Shown: positions 16,873-25,643, counted from the first letter of the stretch. The stretch: 25,973 nucleotides of DNA from Minisyncoccota bacterium (GCA_021129535.1 JAJOLB010000040.1:1-25973); one strand, 5' to 3'. The notes: generated by a model not told the origin, from the sequence alone. Translations and numbers: made by a program.

Positions 16873-16907
16873 ACAAAACGCAATTCGCGAAGCGAATTGC
16901 GTTTTGT
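16873..16907. repeat. Perfect 16-bp palindrome with GAA loop
   Basis: ACAAAACGCAATTCGC-GAA-GCGAATTGCGTTTTGT. Confidence 0.85.
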
Positions 16908-16934
16908 TATTGCTAAGGCTACAATAAAATATAT

Positions 16935-18053
16935 ATGTCACATGGAAATGAGATTCCGGATCAAGTTCGGAATGACAATGGAATAAATTTAGCTGATTAT
17001 GGATGGAACTCCTTTTACGCAGACGCAAAAAACTCATCTGAAAATAGCCACCTAGAACACGGACGCATTGTATCTGTACATAAATCAAAATACGAGGTTG
17101 TAATAAACAGCGGGATTTTTTCCTGTGAAATTTTGGGGAATTTACAGTTTCAGAAAAATCCCTTGGATAAACCCGCGGTTGGGGATTGGGTTCTGTTGGA
17201 CGAGGAAGCAGGAACAAAATTAATTGTAGAAATCTTGGCACGGAAATCTCTGATCAAGAGGCAGAAAAAACACGACAATTTTCCCAAACCTATTGCTGCA
17301 AATATTGACCGCGGAATTGTTGTTCAGGCGATTGGTCCAGATTTTAACATTAAACGATTGGAACGAATATTGATTCATATTATTGATGCTGGTGTGGAGC
17401 CAATGATTATCATTAACAAGATTGATTTAGCTGATGGAGAATTGGATGATATAAAATTAGCGATAAAAAAACTGAATTATAATATTGATATTTTGTATAC
17501 ATCGTACATTACAGGCGAGGGAATTGACGAGCTTGCGGAAAAACTTACCCCAGGAGAAACAGTGATTTTTATTGGATCATCTGGTGTTGGAAAATCATCT
17601 ATTATTAATTCAATGCTTGGGCACGCCAAACAGGCGACACGGGAAATTACCGATAAAACAGGAAAAGGGAAGCATACCACAACAGCACGACGTTTAATTC
17701 TATTAGATAATGCTGTATTGGTGATAGATACACCTGGAACACGTGAATTTGGGATGCACAGCGATGATAACGCCGCTATCAAGCAAAGCTTTGACTATAT
17801 AGAAAATGTTGCATTAGGATGTCAATTTGGAAATTGTGGACATAGTAACGAATCGGGTTGCGCAATACGTCACGCACTTGAAAATGGTGATATTGATACT
17901 GATAACTACAAACGATATTTGGTATTACAGATAGAATCAGAACAAAGTGCAAAGCAAATGAGGCAAGCCGGAAAGGTTTCATCAAAGGTTCATGCTGGGC
18001 AACCATTACGTTCAGCACGTCGCGGAAAATCAAAGCCTAAAAAGAGGAAATAA
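16935..18053 (+). CDS. rsgA: Ribosome small subunit-dependent GTPase A
   Basis: PAVGDWV, AANID, INKIDL, GSSGVGKSS, GKHTTT, DTPG, zinc finger CQFGNCGHSNESGC. Confidence 0.94.
   Translation: MSHGNEIPDQVRNDNGINLADYGWNSFYADAKNSSENSHLEHGRIVSVHKSKYEVVINSGIFSCEILGNLQFQKNPLDKPAVGDWVLLDEEAGTKLIVEILARKSLIKRQKKHDNFPKPIAANIDRGIVVQAIGPDFNIKRLERILIHIIDAGVEPMIIINKIDLADGELDDIKLAIKKLNYNIDILYTSYITGEGIDELAEKLTPGETVIFIGSSGVGKSSIINSMLGHAKQATREITDKTGKGKHTTTARRLILLDNAVLVIDTPGTREFGMHSDDNAAIKQSFDYIENVALGCQFGNCGHSNESGCAIRHALENGDIDTDNYKRYLVLQIESEQSAKQMRQAGKVSSKVHAGQPLRSARRGKSKPKKRK
16951..16977 (-). repeat. REP-like palindrome inside the rsgA N-terminus
   Basis: Reverse complement TGTCATTCCGAACTTGATCCGGAATCT, 25/27 identical to the mutY copy; read as EIPDQVRND in RsgA. 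Confidence 0.85.
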
Positions 18054-18086
18054 ATTCAAAAAGACGAAAAGTATAATAATTCGTTA

Positions 18087-18120
18087 AAATAAAAAACTAT
18101 CACTTGATAGTTTTTTATTT
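18087..18120. terminator. Bidirectional terminator between rsgA and the rhodanese gene
   Basis: AAATAAAAAACTATCA / TGATAGTTTTTTATTT. Confidence 0.7.
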
Positions 18121-18546
18121 TAACGAACCTGCTGGTGTAGATTTGTGTCCGCCGTCTAAATGATATGCGGTTAATCCATATTTTTCAAAAATTTTCAGGG
18201 ATTTTCCAGTTCTACTTCCTGAACGACAGTAAATAAGATACGTTTTGTCTTTATCAAGTTCTGAAATCTTTTGTTCAAAATCTGATTCGTAATAGTCAAA
18301 ATCTACAACTGCATCAGAAAAAAGTTTCCCTGCATTATATTCCCCAGCTGTTCTAATATCAATAACAACGGTATTTTCTAATTCAGCCTGGATTTGGAAA
18401 TCTTCCCAGTTTAGATTCTGTGATTTTTCTGTCTTCTGATTATTGGTGACTTTTGCAAGTGGTTTATTTGTTTTTGTTGATTGTGACAGGACGAATAATA
18501 GAGCCGCAACGATTATAATAGCCGAAATAATAAGTATTTTTTTCAT
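18115..18546 (-). CDS. Membrane-anchored rhodanese-like domain protein
   Basis: Start MKKILIISAII (TM/signal); VIDIRTAGEY, YLIYCRSGSRT, HLDGG. The longer ORF-track start overlaps NADAR and is unlikely. Confidence 0.85.
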   Translation of the reverse strand: MKKILIISAIIIVAALLFVLSQSTKTNKPLAKVTNNQKTEKSQNLNWEDFQIQAELENTVVIDIRTAGEYNAGKLFSDAVVDFDYYESDFEQKISELDKDKTYLIYCRSGSRTGKSLKIFEKYGLTAYHLDGGHKSTPAGSLK

Positions 18547-18582
18547 ATGATAAAAGTATACAGAAAATGATATACTTTGACT

Positions 18583-19017
18583 ATGATAAAAGAATTTCAA
18601 GGAGAATACAGATGGCTTTCCAATTTCTGGCCAGTACAAATAAAATATAAGGATCGTGTTTTTCATAATGTAGAAAATGCTTATCATTCTGAAAAAAGTG
18701 ATGATTCTTTCTATAAAGATTTTTGTGCCTTTGAGGCAGATCCAAGAATTGTAAAAGAAAGACAATTAGACATGATTACATTGCGTTCAGATTGGGATGA
18801 CGTGAAGGTTGAAATTATGGAAAAGTTAACTCGTATCAAATATCAGAATCTAGAATTACGGCAAAAACTTTTAGATACTGGAGACCAAGAGATTCAAGAG
18901 GGAAATTCTTGGAATGATATTTACTGGGGAATAAATCTTGAAACAGGAAAGGGTGAAAATATATTGGGAAAAATAATTATGAAAATTCGTAATGAAATAA
19001 AAATAAAAAACGCCTAA
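18583..19017 (+). CDS. NADAR (YbiA-like) family protein
   Basis: WLSNFW, ENAYHSEK, WDDVKVEIM, KLLDTG, WNDIYWG, GENILGKIIMKIR. Confidence 0.9.
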   Translation: MIKEFQGEYRWLSNFWPVQIKYKDRVFHNVENAYHSEKSDDSFYKDFCAFEADPRIVKERQLDMITLRSDWDDVKVEIMEKLTRIKYQNLELRQKLLDTGDQEIQEGNSWNDIYWGINLETGKGENILGKIIMKIRNEIKIKNA

Positions 19018-19030
19018 GCGTTTTTTATTT
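19001..19030. terminator. Bidirectional terminator between NADAR and lemA
   Basis: AAATAAAAAACGC / GCGTTTTTTATTT. Confidence 0.7.
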
Positions 19031-19033
19031 TTC

Positions 19034-19618
19034 TTAAAATGAAACCTTAACAGGTTTTTTTTCTTCTGGTTTGTCATCAAGGTTAAAGAATTCTTTTTTA
19101 CTAAATCCGAACATTCCAGTAAAGATATTTGTTGGGAATGATAGAACCATGGTATTCATATCACGAACAACTCCATTATAGAATCGCCGAGATGCCTGAA
19201 TTTTATTTTCTGTATCTGTAATTTCACGTTGTAGTTCTAAAAAGTTTTCGTTTGCTTTTAGATCTGGATATTGTTCAGCTACTGCCATTAATTTTCCAAG
19301 AGCTCCTGATAATCCTGATTGTGCACCTGCAAATGCTGACATTTGTTCAGGTGTAACATTTCCAGCATCGATGTTGATGGCTGTTGCTGCTGCACGTGCC
19401 TTTAATACTGCTTCTAATGTTTCTTTTTCGTGTGCTGCGTATCCCTTTACGGTTTTCACAAGATTTGGAATAAGATCATATCGACGTTTTAATTGAACGT
19501 CAATATCAGCCCATGCCTCCTCTACGCGTACAGATAGTTTTACAAGTTTATTATATAAACCAACAAGCCATCCACCCAACACTACGACAATTATTAATAT
19601 TATTATTCCTGTGTTCAT
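19034..19618 (-). CDS. lemA: LemA family protein
   Basis: N-terminal TM, YNKLV, AWADIDVQLKRRYDLIPNLV, YPDLKANENF, ENKIQASRRFYN; start likely MNTG (TATACT 9 nt upstream). Confidence 0.93.
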   Translation of the reverse strand: MNTGIIILIIVVVLGGWLVGLYNKLVKLSVRVEEAWADIDVQLKRRYDLIPNLVKTVKGYAAHEKETLEAVLKARAAATAINIDAGNVTPEQMSAFAGAQSGLSGALGKLMAVAEQYPDLKANENFLELQREITDTENKIQASRRFYNGVVRDMNTMVLSFPTNIFTGMFGFSKKEFFNLDDKPEEKKPVKVSF

Positions 19619-19742
19619 AGTACTTATAGTATACACGAATATTATAAAAATAAGTACAAAATAAAAATCCTATTGAGAGTTTTATATTTATTAGATAATA
19701 GTCTCTGTTGAAAATAATAATAAATATATTATTATTTAAAAT

Positions 19743-20837
19743 ATGAAGAAATCTAAAAAAATTAAAAAAGAAGTTTTAAAGAATCTCCTTTGTAAAAAAG
19801 ACGCACAGAAAATTGTTGATGCAGAAAATTTTGAACGCGTAACTGTTTCGTTTTATAAATATATTGAAATCAAGGATACACAAAAAATGCGCGATAATTT
19901 GTGGCGAGCTTGGTCTAAACTGAATTGTTTCGGACGTATTTATATTGCGACCGAGGGAATTAACGCCCAAATGTCAGTTCCAGAACATAACTGGGAACAA
20001 TTTAAAAAGGAATTGTATGCTATTTCTGAATTCGATAATGTTCCATTTAAAATTGGAATTATCCAAGATTCAAAATCATTTTGGAAACTTGCCATTACGG
20101 TTAAAAAAAATATTGTGGCTGATGGATTAGAATTTGGTGAATATGATATTGAAAATATTGGTAAACATTTAACGGCTGCTGATTTTAATGCTGCTATGAA
20201 CAATCCAGAAACGGTTGTTGTTGATATGCGTAATCAATATGAATCAGAAATTGGTCATTTTGATGGTGCGATGTGTCATGATGTTGATACTTTTCGTGAC
20301 CAGTTGCCAATGGTTGCAGATGATATTGCTGATAAAAAGCATAAAAAACTATTATTATATTGTACTGGTGGAATTCGTTGTGAAAAGGCATCGGCGTATT
20401 TTAAAGGCAAAGGATTCACAGACGTGAACCAGTTGCATGGCGGTGTTATTGCCTACAAACATCAGGTCGAGGAACAAGGTTTAGAAAATAAATTCCTAGG
20501 CTCTAACTATGTATTTGATGGACGTGACAAGGAAAATATCGGTGGACAGATTATCAGTCATTGTCATCAATGCGGCGAATTATCTGACAGGCATGTAAAT
20601 TGTAAAAATAAATCATGTAATTTGCTTTTCCTGCAATGTGAAAAATGTGCAGAAAAAATGACCACAGCATGCAGCAAGAAATGTAAACGAGTTGCCTCAT
20701 GGTCAGATGAAAAACAGAAAAAATACTATCGAAAACATAGCACAGGATCACAAAAACAATTTTCAAAATCTTTGCGACCAAAACAAAGTTTGGCAAAAAA
20801 ATCCCCAATTAAAAAATTTATTTCTTTATTTAAGTAA
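19743..20837 (+). CDS. trhO: Oxygen-dependent tRNA uridine(34) hydroxylase TrhO (YceA/UPF0176)
   Basis: SFYKY, GRIYIATEGINAQ, DMRNQYESEIGHF, LYCTGGIRCEKAS, QLHGG, YVFDGR, Cys-rich C-terminus. Confidence 0.88.
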   Translation: MKKSKKIKKEVLKNLLCKKDAQKIVDAENFERVTVSFYKYIEIKDTQKMRDNLWRAWSKLNCFGRIYIATEGINAQMSVPEHNWEQFKKELYAISEFDNVPFKIGIIQDSKSFWKLAITVKKNIVADGLEFGEYDIENIGKHLTAADFNAAMNNPETVVVDMRNQYESEIGHFDGAMCHDVDTFRDQLPMVADDIADKKHKKLLLYCTGGIRCEKASAYFKGKGFTDVNQLHGGVIAYKHQVEEQGLENKFLGSNYVFDGRDKENIGGQIISHCHQCGELSDRHVNCKNKSCNLLFLQCEKCAEKMTTACSKKCKRVASWSDEKQKKYYRKHSTGSQKQFSKSLRPKQSLAKKSPIKKFISLFK

Positions 20838-20855
20838 AAAATAAACCTTAAAACA

Positions 20856-21167
20856 TTATTTTGTTTTAAGGTTTTTCTTGTTATAGAAATATGAGTATGC
20901 AGGTCCAATAAGGAATGGTAGAGACGAGAAAAATGAATATTTTATCTTTCCATTTGTTATAATCAAGAATATTGTAAATTTTATTAATGTATCAATAATT
21001 GCCAATTGGATAAGATTATTTTTTATAAAGTAAATTATTGTCATCAAAAATGAAAATTCTGGATTTTTATAATAATTAAATATAAATAATATAATTCCAA
21101 TCACTATAAATAATAGATTCAATCGCCATATAATTCTACTTTCATGTTTTTTTATGAAATTTTTCAA
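20856..21167 (-). CDS. Hypothetical membrane protein
   Basis: 103 aa, TTG start, three hydrophobic segments. Confidence 0.5.
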   Translation of the reverse strand: MKNFIKKHESRIIWRLNLLFIVIGIILFIFNYYKNPEFSFLMTIIYFIKNNLIQLAIIDTLIKFTIFLIITNGKIKYSFFSSLPFLIGPAYSYFYNKKNLKTK

Positions 21168-21273
21168 AATATAAAATTTTAAGGTTTCCAGATAAGAATA
21201 GCGAATTTGTCTTGTTTAGGCAAGAAAAAATAGATACTATGACTATCTATTTTTAAATAATTTGTTTTAGTTA

Positions 21274-21981
21274 TTATTCAATTTCTTCTCCTTCTGCAAT
21301 GCTACGAAAATACGCCACATTTTCACTAGGAATTCCATGTCCAGAAATACCTGAACCAGAAACAAACCGCGAAACACCAGCGTCACGCAGTGCTGGAATA
21401 GTATTTTCTGATACACCACCATCAATAGCAATAATCATGTCAGGATATTTTTTATGTAAGATTTCAATAATATCTAAACAACGCTCATCAAAGGGTTCAC
21501 CCATAAATCCAATCTGTGCAATTCCCATGACTTGAACAAATTTCACAATTTTTTCATCAATCAATGGAAAGATATCTTCTAGACTATCGTGAATCGTTAT
21601 TGCGACCCCTAAATCTAAAAAGTTTAATAATACAGGGTCAATGTCCCTGATAATATCCCAATCATGCACTGATGCGTAATGGAGAATCACACGTGACGCC
21701 CCGATAGTGAGCCAGGTATCAATATCTAGCTCTGGTCGTTCTACCATTAAATCTAATTCATAATTAACGTCCTCCCACATAGGAAAGCCGCGGTCTTCTT
21801 TTTTTAAATCATCTAAATGGTAGTCATTTGTGTAAATAAATGGCCATGTTTTTTCTGGTACATATTTTCCGTCCATTAAATCTAATTGTATTGTTCGTAC
21901 ATTACGACGAACAGCAGCTGCAATGTCAGCAATGTCGTCAAATTTTTCTGGCATGTTTGCCGGTATAATTTCTATATTCAT
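21274..21981 (-). CDS. rpe: Ribulose-phosphate 3-epimerase family protein (divergent)
   Basis: IQLDLMDG, ELDLMV, QVMG..GFMG, IDGG, SGS; the two canonical His metal ligands appear replaced (Q, D). Confidence 0.8.
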   Translation of the reverse strand: MNIEIIPANMPEKFDDIADIAAAVRRNVRTIQLDLMDGKYVPEKTWPFIYTNDYHLDDLKKEDRGFPMWEDVNYELDLMVERPELDIDTWLTIGASRVILHYASVHDWDIIRDIDPVLLNFLDLGVAITIHDSLEDIFPLIDEKIVKFVQVMGIAQIGFMGEPFDERCLDIIEILHKKYPDMIIAIDGGVSENTIPALRDAGVSRFVSGSGISGHGIPSENVAYFRSIAEGEEIE

Positions 21982-22150
21982 ATTTCTATCATATCATTTT
22001 CAAAGTTAAAAAAACAAGAAATTAATAATCTTGTTTTTCATAATATCTTTTTCAAAAATATTATGAATATTTGTTTTTTCAGTATCATTAAAATCATCAC
22101 ACTGATTTATAAAAGAGTGAAATGGTGTATGAAATCTTTTTAAAAACATA

Positions 22151-22612
22151 TTAATCTTGTGGAATATAGGTATCTATTTCTATTTTTTCGATTCGGTTTA
22201 AATGACGTCCACCCTCAAATTCAATTTCAAGCCAGAATAATACAGATTCCAACATTTCCTCGTTTGATAGGAATCGTGCGCCAATAGATAATATATTTGC
22301 GTCATTATGTTCACGTGAGAGTTTAATAATTTCTGGGTCAAAATGATAATAGGTTGTAGCCCGTACGTTTGCAAAACGATTTGCGGTTATTGCCTCACCT
22401 TGACCTGATCCACCAAAAATAATTGCAATATTCTCATCTGGATTTATTGAGACCTCTGATGCTGCAAGTTTAATATAGTCAGGGTAATCATCACTGTCAT
22501 TGTATTCATGCGCACCATGATCTGTTATGTTGTGACCCAGCTCCAAGAGTGCTTCCTTTAAAAATTCCTTCATTTCGAAACCTGCATGGTCTGTTGCTAG
22601 ATGTATGTTCAT
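22151..22612 (-). CDS. rpiB: Ribose-5-phosphate isomerase B (Glu-type)
   Basis: ATDHAGF, DDYPD, GGSGQGEAITANR, SREHNDANIL, FEGGRHLNRI. Confidence 0.92.
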   Translation of the reverse strand: MNIHLATDHAGFEMKEFLKEALLELGHNITDHGAHEYNDSDDYPDYIKLAASEVSINPDENIAIIFGGSGQGEAITANRFANVRATTYYHFDPEIIKLSREHNDANILSIGARFLSNEEMLESVLFWLEIEFEGGRHLNRIEKIEIDTYIPQD

Positions 22613-22678
22613 AATTTTAGTATATCAAAATAGATATCTATGCCAACAATAAAAAAAGTCTAGATAAGAATCTAGACT

Positions 22679-23461
22679 TTATGCAAGTGTTTCTGTATAC
22701 AAAGAAACCTCTCTTGTAAACAGATTATTATTTGAAATTTCTTCTTTCTTCAAAAAAACAAAGGGTGAAAACTCATCCTGTCCCATTATATCCATTAACT
22801 GTTTCATTGTAAAAACAGGTTTAATAATGTGAAATCGATTTATAATATTTTCATTTTGAATGATAATATTAGATATAGCTTCCTTTAAAAAAGGATAAAA
22901 ATTGAAGGTGATTTTTTCTTCAAAATTTTCTAATAAATATCTATCAGCATTCAAACTTTCCTTGAAATTATTTATTCCAAAAAATGAAAACTTATCAGGA
23001 TTAGCAGAGCAATGAATTGATCTCCTAAATAAGAGATAGTAATCATCGTTTGTTTGCAACACAATATGGCTATTTTTTTCTGGAATAGCCTTATTTTTTA
23101 ATTGCCACTTTTGGACGGCGTGTGAAATTCCTCTCGTACCTTTCAATAAATTTTTTGTGTGAATAAACTCTGTTAATTCTGCAAAATCATCAAAATTTAT
23201 TTGCTGCATGAACTCATCAATATAAAGAGTCACCGCAACGAAATAAAATGTTTCATTTGATGACAGTTCCTTTTTTACTATTAAAGAAGGAATGTCTTTT
23301 TTCCCTATGTGGCAGGAAAGAAGTTCTTTTCTAATTTCCAATATAGGGTTTTCTTTTTGTGAAATATTGATTTCCCAAAATAGCTTTTTTTGACCAGAAA
23401 TGCTGTTAAAATAAACAACAAAACCGTCAAGCGTTTGAATTAGTATTTTTATTTTTTTCAA
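22679..23461 (-). CDS. Hypothetical protein
   Basis: 260-aa ORF with TTG start; weak NUDIX-like segment (YLLFRRS...NPDKFSFFG) without a Nudix box. Confidence 0.55.
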   Translation of the reverse strand: MKKIKILIQTLDGFVVYFNSISGQKKLFWEINISQKENPILEIRKELLSCHIGKKDIPSLIVKKELSSNETFYFVAVTLYIDEFMQQINFDDFAELTEFIHTKNLLKGTRGISHAVQKWQLKNKAIPEKNSHIVLQTNDDYYLLFRRSIHCSANPDKFSFFGINNFKESLNADRYLLENFEEKITFNFYPFLKEAISNIIIQNENIINRFHIIKPVFTMKQLMDIMGQDEFSPFVFLKKEEISNNNLFTREVSLYTETLA

Positions 23462-23537
23462 AATTTTTGTATTTAGTTATTTTTACCACTATATGACAAA
23501 AATAATAAATGTCTAGTATATTTAAATATCAATTTTA

Positions 23538-23963
23538 CTAAATTTGTTCTAATGCATAAAGTGTTGCATTTTGGACATGTTTAAACCTATCAGATTCTAA
23601 TTTAATACCACCATACCAACGTGTTACACAAACAACAGTATTTATCATATTCTTCTTTTGCAAGATTCGCAGAATGACATTTCCCGCACCCGTTTCGCCT
23701 CCGTCATTTTTTGATTCATACATAACCCCACCATTAGATATGCGCACTGCCCATGTGTGATGGGTTGCCTTGTAGTGATTTTTTAGTTTCTTTGTTTTTT
23801 TCAAGAAGTCTTTAATCTGTTCACGATTATTTACCAAAGCAATAGAAACAGAATAGACAGAACGTCTGTCGGTAATTATTTTTTCAAAGTTTTGAAAATC
23901 ATGTGCTGGAACATTTCCATCACCAAAATCCATTTTCATCATCTTATCTGTGTTGCGACTCAT
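23538..23963 (-). CDS. YigZ/IMPACT family protein (N-terminal domain only)
   Basis: DRRSVY, KATHHTWA, NDGGETGAG, VTRWYGGIKL..DRF. Confidence 0.85.
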   Translation of the reverse strand: MSRNTDKMMKMDFGDGNVPAHDFQNFEKIITDRRSVYSVSIALVNNREQIKDFLKKTKKLKNHYKATHHTWAVRISNGGVMYESKNDGGETGAGNVILRILQKKNMINTVVCVTRWYGGIKLESDRFKHVQNATLYALEQI

Positions 23964-24120
23964 GGTTATTATAATAACAGTATTTATCTATTATCAAATG
24001 CGTTATGCTCTATACATTATAAATTAATTTATTTTAATATAATGAAAAAACTTTTAAAAACAGGAGTAGTGGCATTTATTACCTACAAAATAATGGATTT
24101 TATTATTGGAAATATTTGTA

Positions 24121-24150
24121 AGAAAAAATACCGAATAGGTATTTTTTTCT
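24121..24150. terminator. Terminator downstream of rpmA
   Basis: AGAAAAAATACC / GGTATTTTTTTCT hairpin. Confidence 0.65.
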
Positions 24151-24153
24151 TTG

Positions 24154-24432
24154 TTATTTTGCAATAACTGAAACCATTTTTTTAACGATAGTTTTACCAT
24201 CAAAATGGGTTTTTCGTTTTGTACCAAATTTTACGGTTCCATCTGCTAGTGCAAACAAAGTGTGATCTTTACCAACACCAACATTTTTTCCAGCAAGGAT
24301 TTTTGTTCCTCGTTGTCGTATAATGATTGATCCGATTTGTGCTGACTGTCCGTCAGCTAGTTTTGTTCCGAGATACTTTGGATTGGAATCTCGTAGGTTT
24401 TTTGCGGAACCACCGGCTTTCCTATGTGCCAT
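24154..24432 (-). CDS. rpmA: 50S ribosomal protein L27
   Basis: [33 protein letters not shown]. Confidence 0.97.
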   Translation of the reverse strand: MAHRKAGGSAKNLRDSNPKYLGTKLADGQSAQIGSIIIRQRGTKILAGKNVGVGKDHTLFALADGTVKFGTKRKTHFDGKTIVKKMVSVIAK

Positions 24433-24519
24433 ATATTAGTTTATAGTATACTTAGATTGTTAAGAGACGTTTAAACGTCATTTGCAGAAAGGTTATGAAC
24501 CTTTAACCACAAGAGTAAC

Positions 24520-24897
24520 ATGCGCATTATAGACAAATTAAAAGAAAATATCAAGGCTTTTATCCACTCAAAATGGATAGATGAAGCTTTTTGGATAACC
24601 TTGGTTATTTTCGCGACTATGGGTGCATTTTCATTGGGAATGCGACATCAAAGAGAAATCAGTTTGGTAGAAAACCCTATCAGAATTGAACAAGATTCTC
24701 GTGTCGTAGAAGCTTGGCAAGAATATATTTCTACAAAAAAATCAGCAGCCAAATTTTTTGCGTCAAAAAACGGGACAGTTTATTATCCATTAGCATGTTC
24801 ATCAGGTGACAGAATAGCAGAGAAAAATCGTGTGTATTTTAATAATGAAGTCGAGGCGCGCGGTGCGGGATTTAAACAATCAAAGCGTTGTAATTAA
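24520..24897 (+). CDS. Hypothetical membrane protein with C-terminal Ada metal-binding-like domain
   Basis: TM segment, then FFASKNGTVYYPLACS...KNRVYF..EVEARGAGFKQSKRC. Confidence 0.7.
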   Translation: MRIIDKLKENIKAFIHSKWIDEAFWITLVIFATMGAFSLGMRHQREISLVENPIRIEQDSRVVEAWQEYISTKKSAAKFFASKNGTVYYPLACSSGDRIAEKNRVYFNNEVEARGAGFKQSKRCN

Positions 24898-24910
24898 TTG
24901 ACATATAAAT

Positions 24911-24996
24911 TGTCATTACGAACGAATGTGAAGTAATCTCTGGTCTTATTTATTAAGTGACAAATACCTAGATTGCTTCGCAAGCTCGCAAAGACA
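24911..24996. repeat. REP-like inverted doublet
   Basis: TGTCATTACGAACGAATGTGAAGTAATCT (24911-39) ... AGATTGCTTCGCAAGCTCGCAAAGACA (24970-96). Confidence 0.75.
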
Positions 24997-25003
24997 AAAG
25001 AGC

Positions 25004-25288
25004 TTAATCAAGAATTCGAAAAGCCTCTCCGAGCTTATCCTTTAAAATATTTAAAATAACCTCACGCGAAACGTCATCATAAATACGGAACTCTTGTTTA
25101 TAGCGTTTTCCGGTGATGGTCAGTAGGTGAGCACCAGATTCTGAATTATGTTTTATGGTGGCACGATGGTCGCGACGTCCTTTTATGGAAATAATAATTC
25201 CATAGCTGATATTGGTGATTCCTTGTTTTTTTAGGATTTTCACCATCTTTTTTACTGGATCTGTTGCTGTTGTTTTTGAACCCCTCAT
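25004..25288 (-). CDS. Hypothetical protein, DUF2103-like
   Basis: 94 aa; pattern ISYGII...KG......I......G.L.I.G...QE..IY recalled from DUF2103; TATGAT 6 nt before ATG. Confidence 0.55.
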   Translation of the reverse strand: MRGSKTTATDPVKKMVKILKKQGITNISYGIIISIKGRRDHRATIKHNSESGAHLLTITGKRYKQEFRIYDDVSREVILNILKDKLGEAFRILD

Positions 25289-25337
25289 GTGATTATCATA
25301 CTGTTTATGAGATTAGAAATAAAGCTTTTAAAAGAAC

Positions 25338-25365
25338 TTGACCCATTTTTTAGTTTTGTTAAGAT
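25338..25365 (+). promoter_or_regulatory. Sigma70-type promoter
   Basis: TTGACC, 16-nt spacer, TG-extended TAAGAT. Confidence 0.55.
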
Positions 25366-25405
25366 GCTCTGAGATTTAACATTAATTACATAAAGAATTT
25401 AGAAA

Positions 25406-25561
25406 ATGAACACCAAAGACAAAAAAATTACAGTATCTTTAAGCGCAAACATAAAAGGTGGAGTCTGGTCTACACAGAGTCCAGGAATCACAAGGGTGAC
25501 TAGAATTACAGAAAGAAGCCCTATTGGATTTTCAATAACGAGAATCAGCAGAAGAAGATAG
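25406..25561 (+). CDS. Small hypothetical protein (51 aa), absent from the ORF track
   Basis: MNTKDKKITVSLSANIKGGVWSTQSPGITRVTRITERSPIGFSITRISRRR; flanked by a promoter and an AAACCATATTA/TAATATGGTTT hairpin. Confidence 0.4.
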   Translation: MNTKDKKITVSLSANIKGGVWSTQSPGITRVTRITERSPIGFSITRISRRR

Positions 25562-25643
25562 AATTTTATATAAACCAAACCATATTAATTAATGTAATAT
25601 GGTTTTTTAATGCCTCATTTTTAAAATACGTTATGATAAGGCT

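Noticed and set aside
16861-17241. Antisense 126-aa ORF containing CHSELDPES
   Set aside because: Shadow of rsgA; the peptide is simply the repeat read on the other strand.
18547-18765. N-terminal extension of the rhodanese ORF
   Set aside because: Overlaps NADAR on the opposite strand; the internal ATG 18546 has a signal/TM segment and a -10 box.
22679-23461. NUDIX hydrolase call
   Set aside because: Only a weak strand-like resemblance; no GX5EX7REUXEEXGU box.
23892-24167. 91-aa ORF, or an internal 41-aa ORF from ATG 24042
   Set aside because: Overlaps yigZ and rpmA and runs through the rpmA terminator; the first ~29 aa from 24042 look plausible but support is insufficient.
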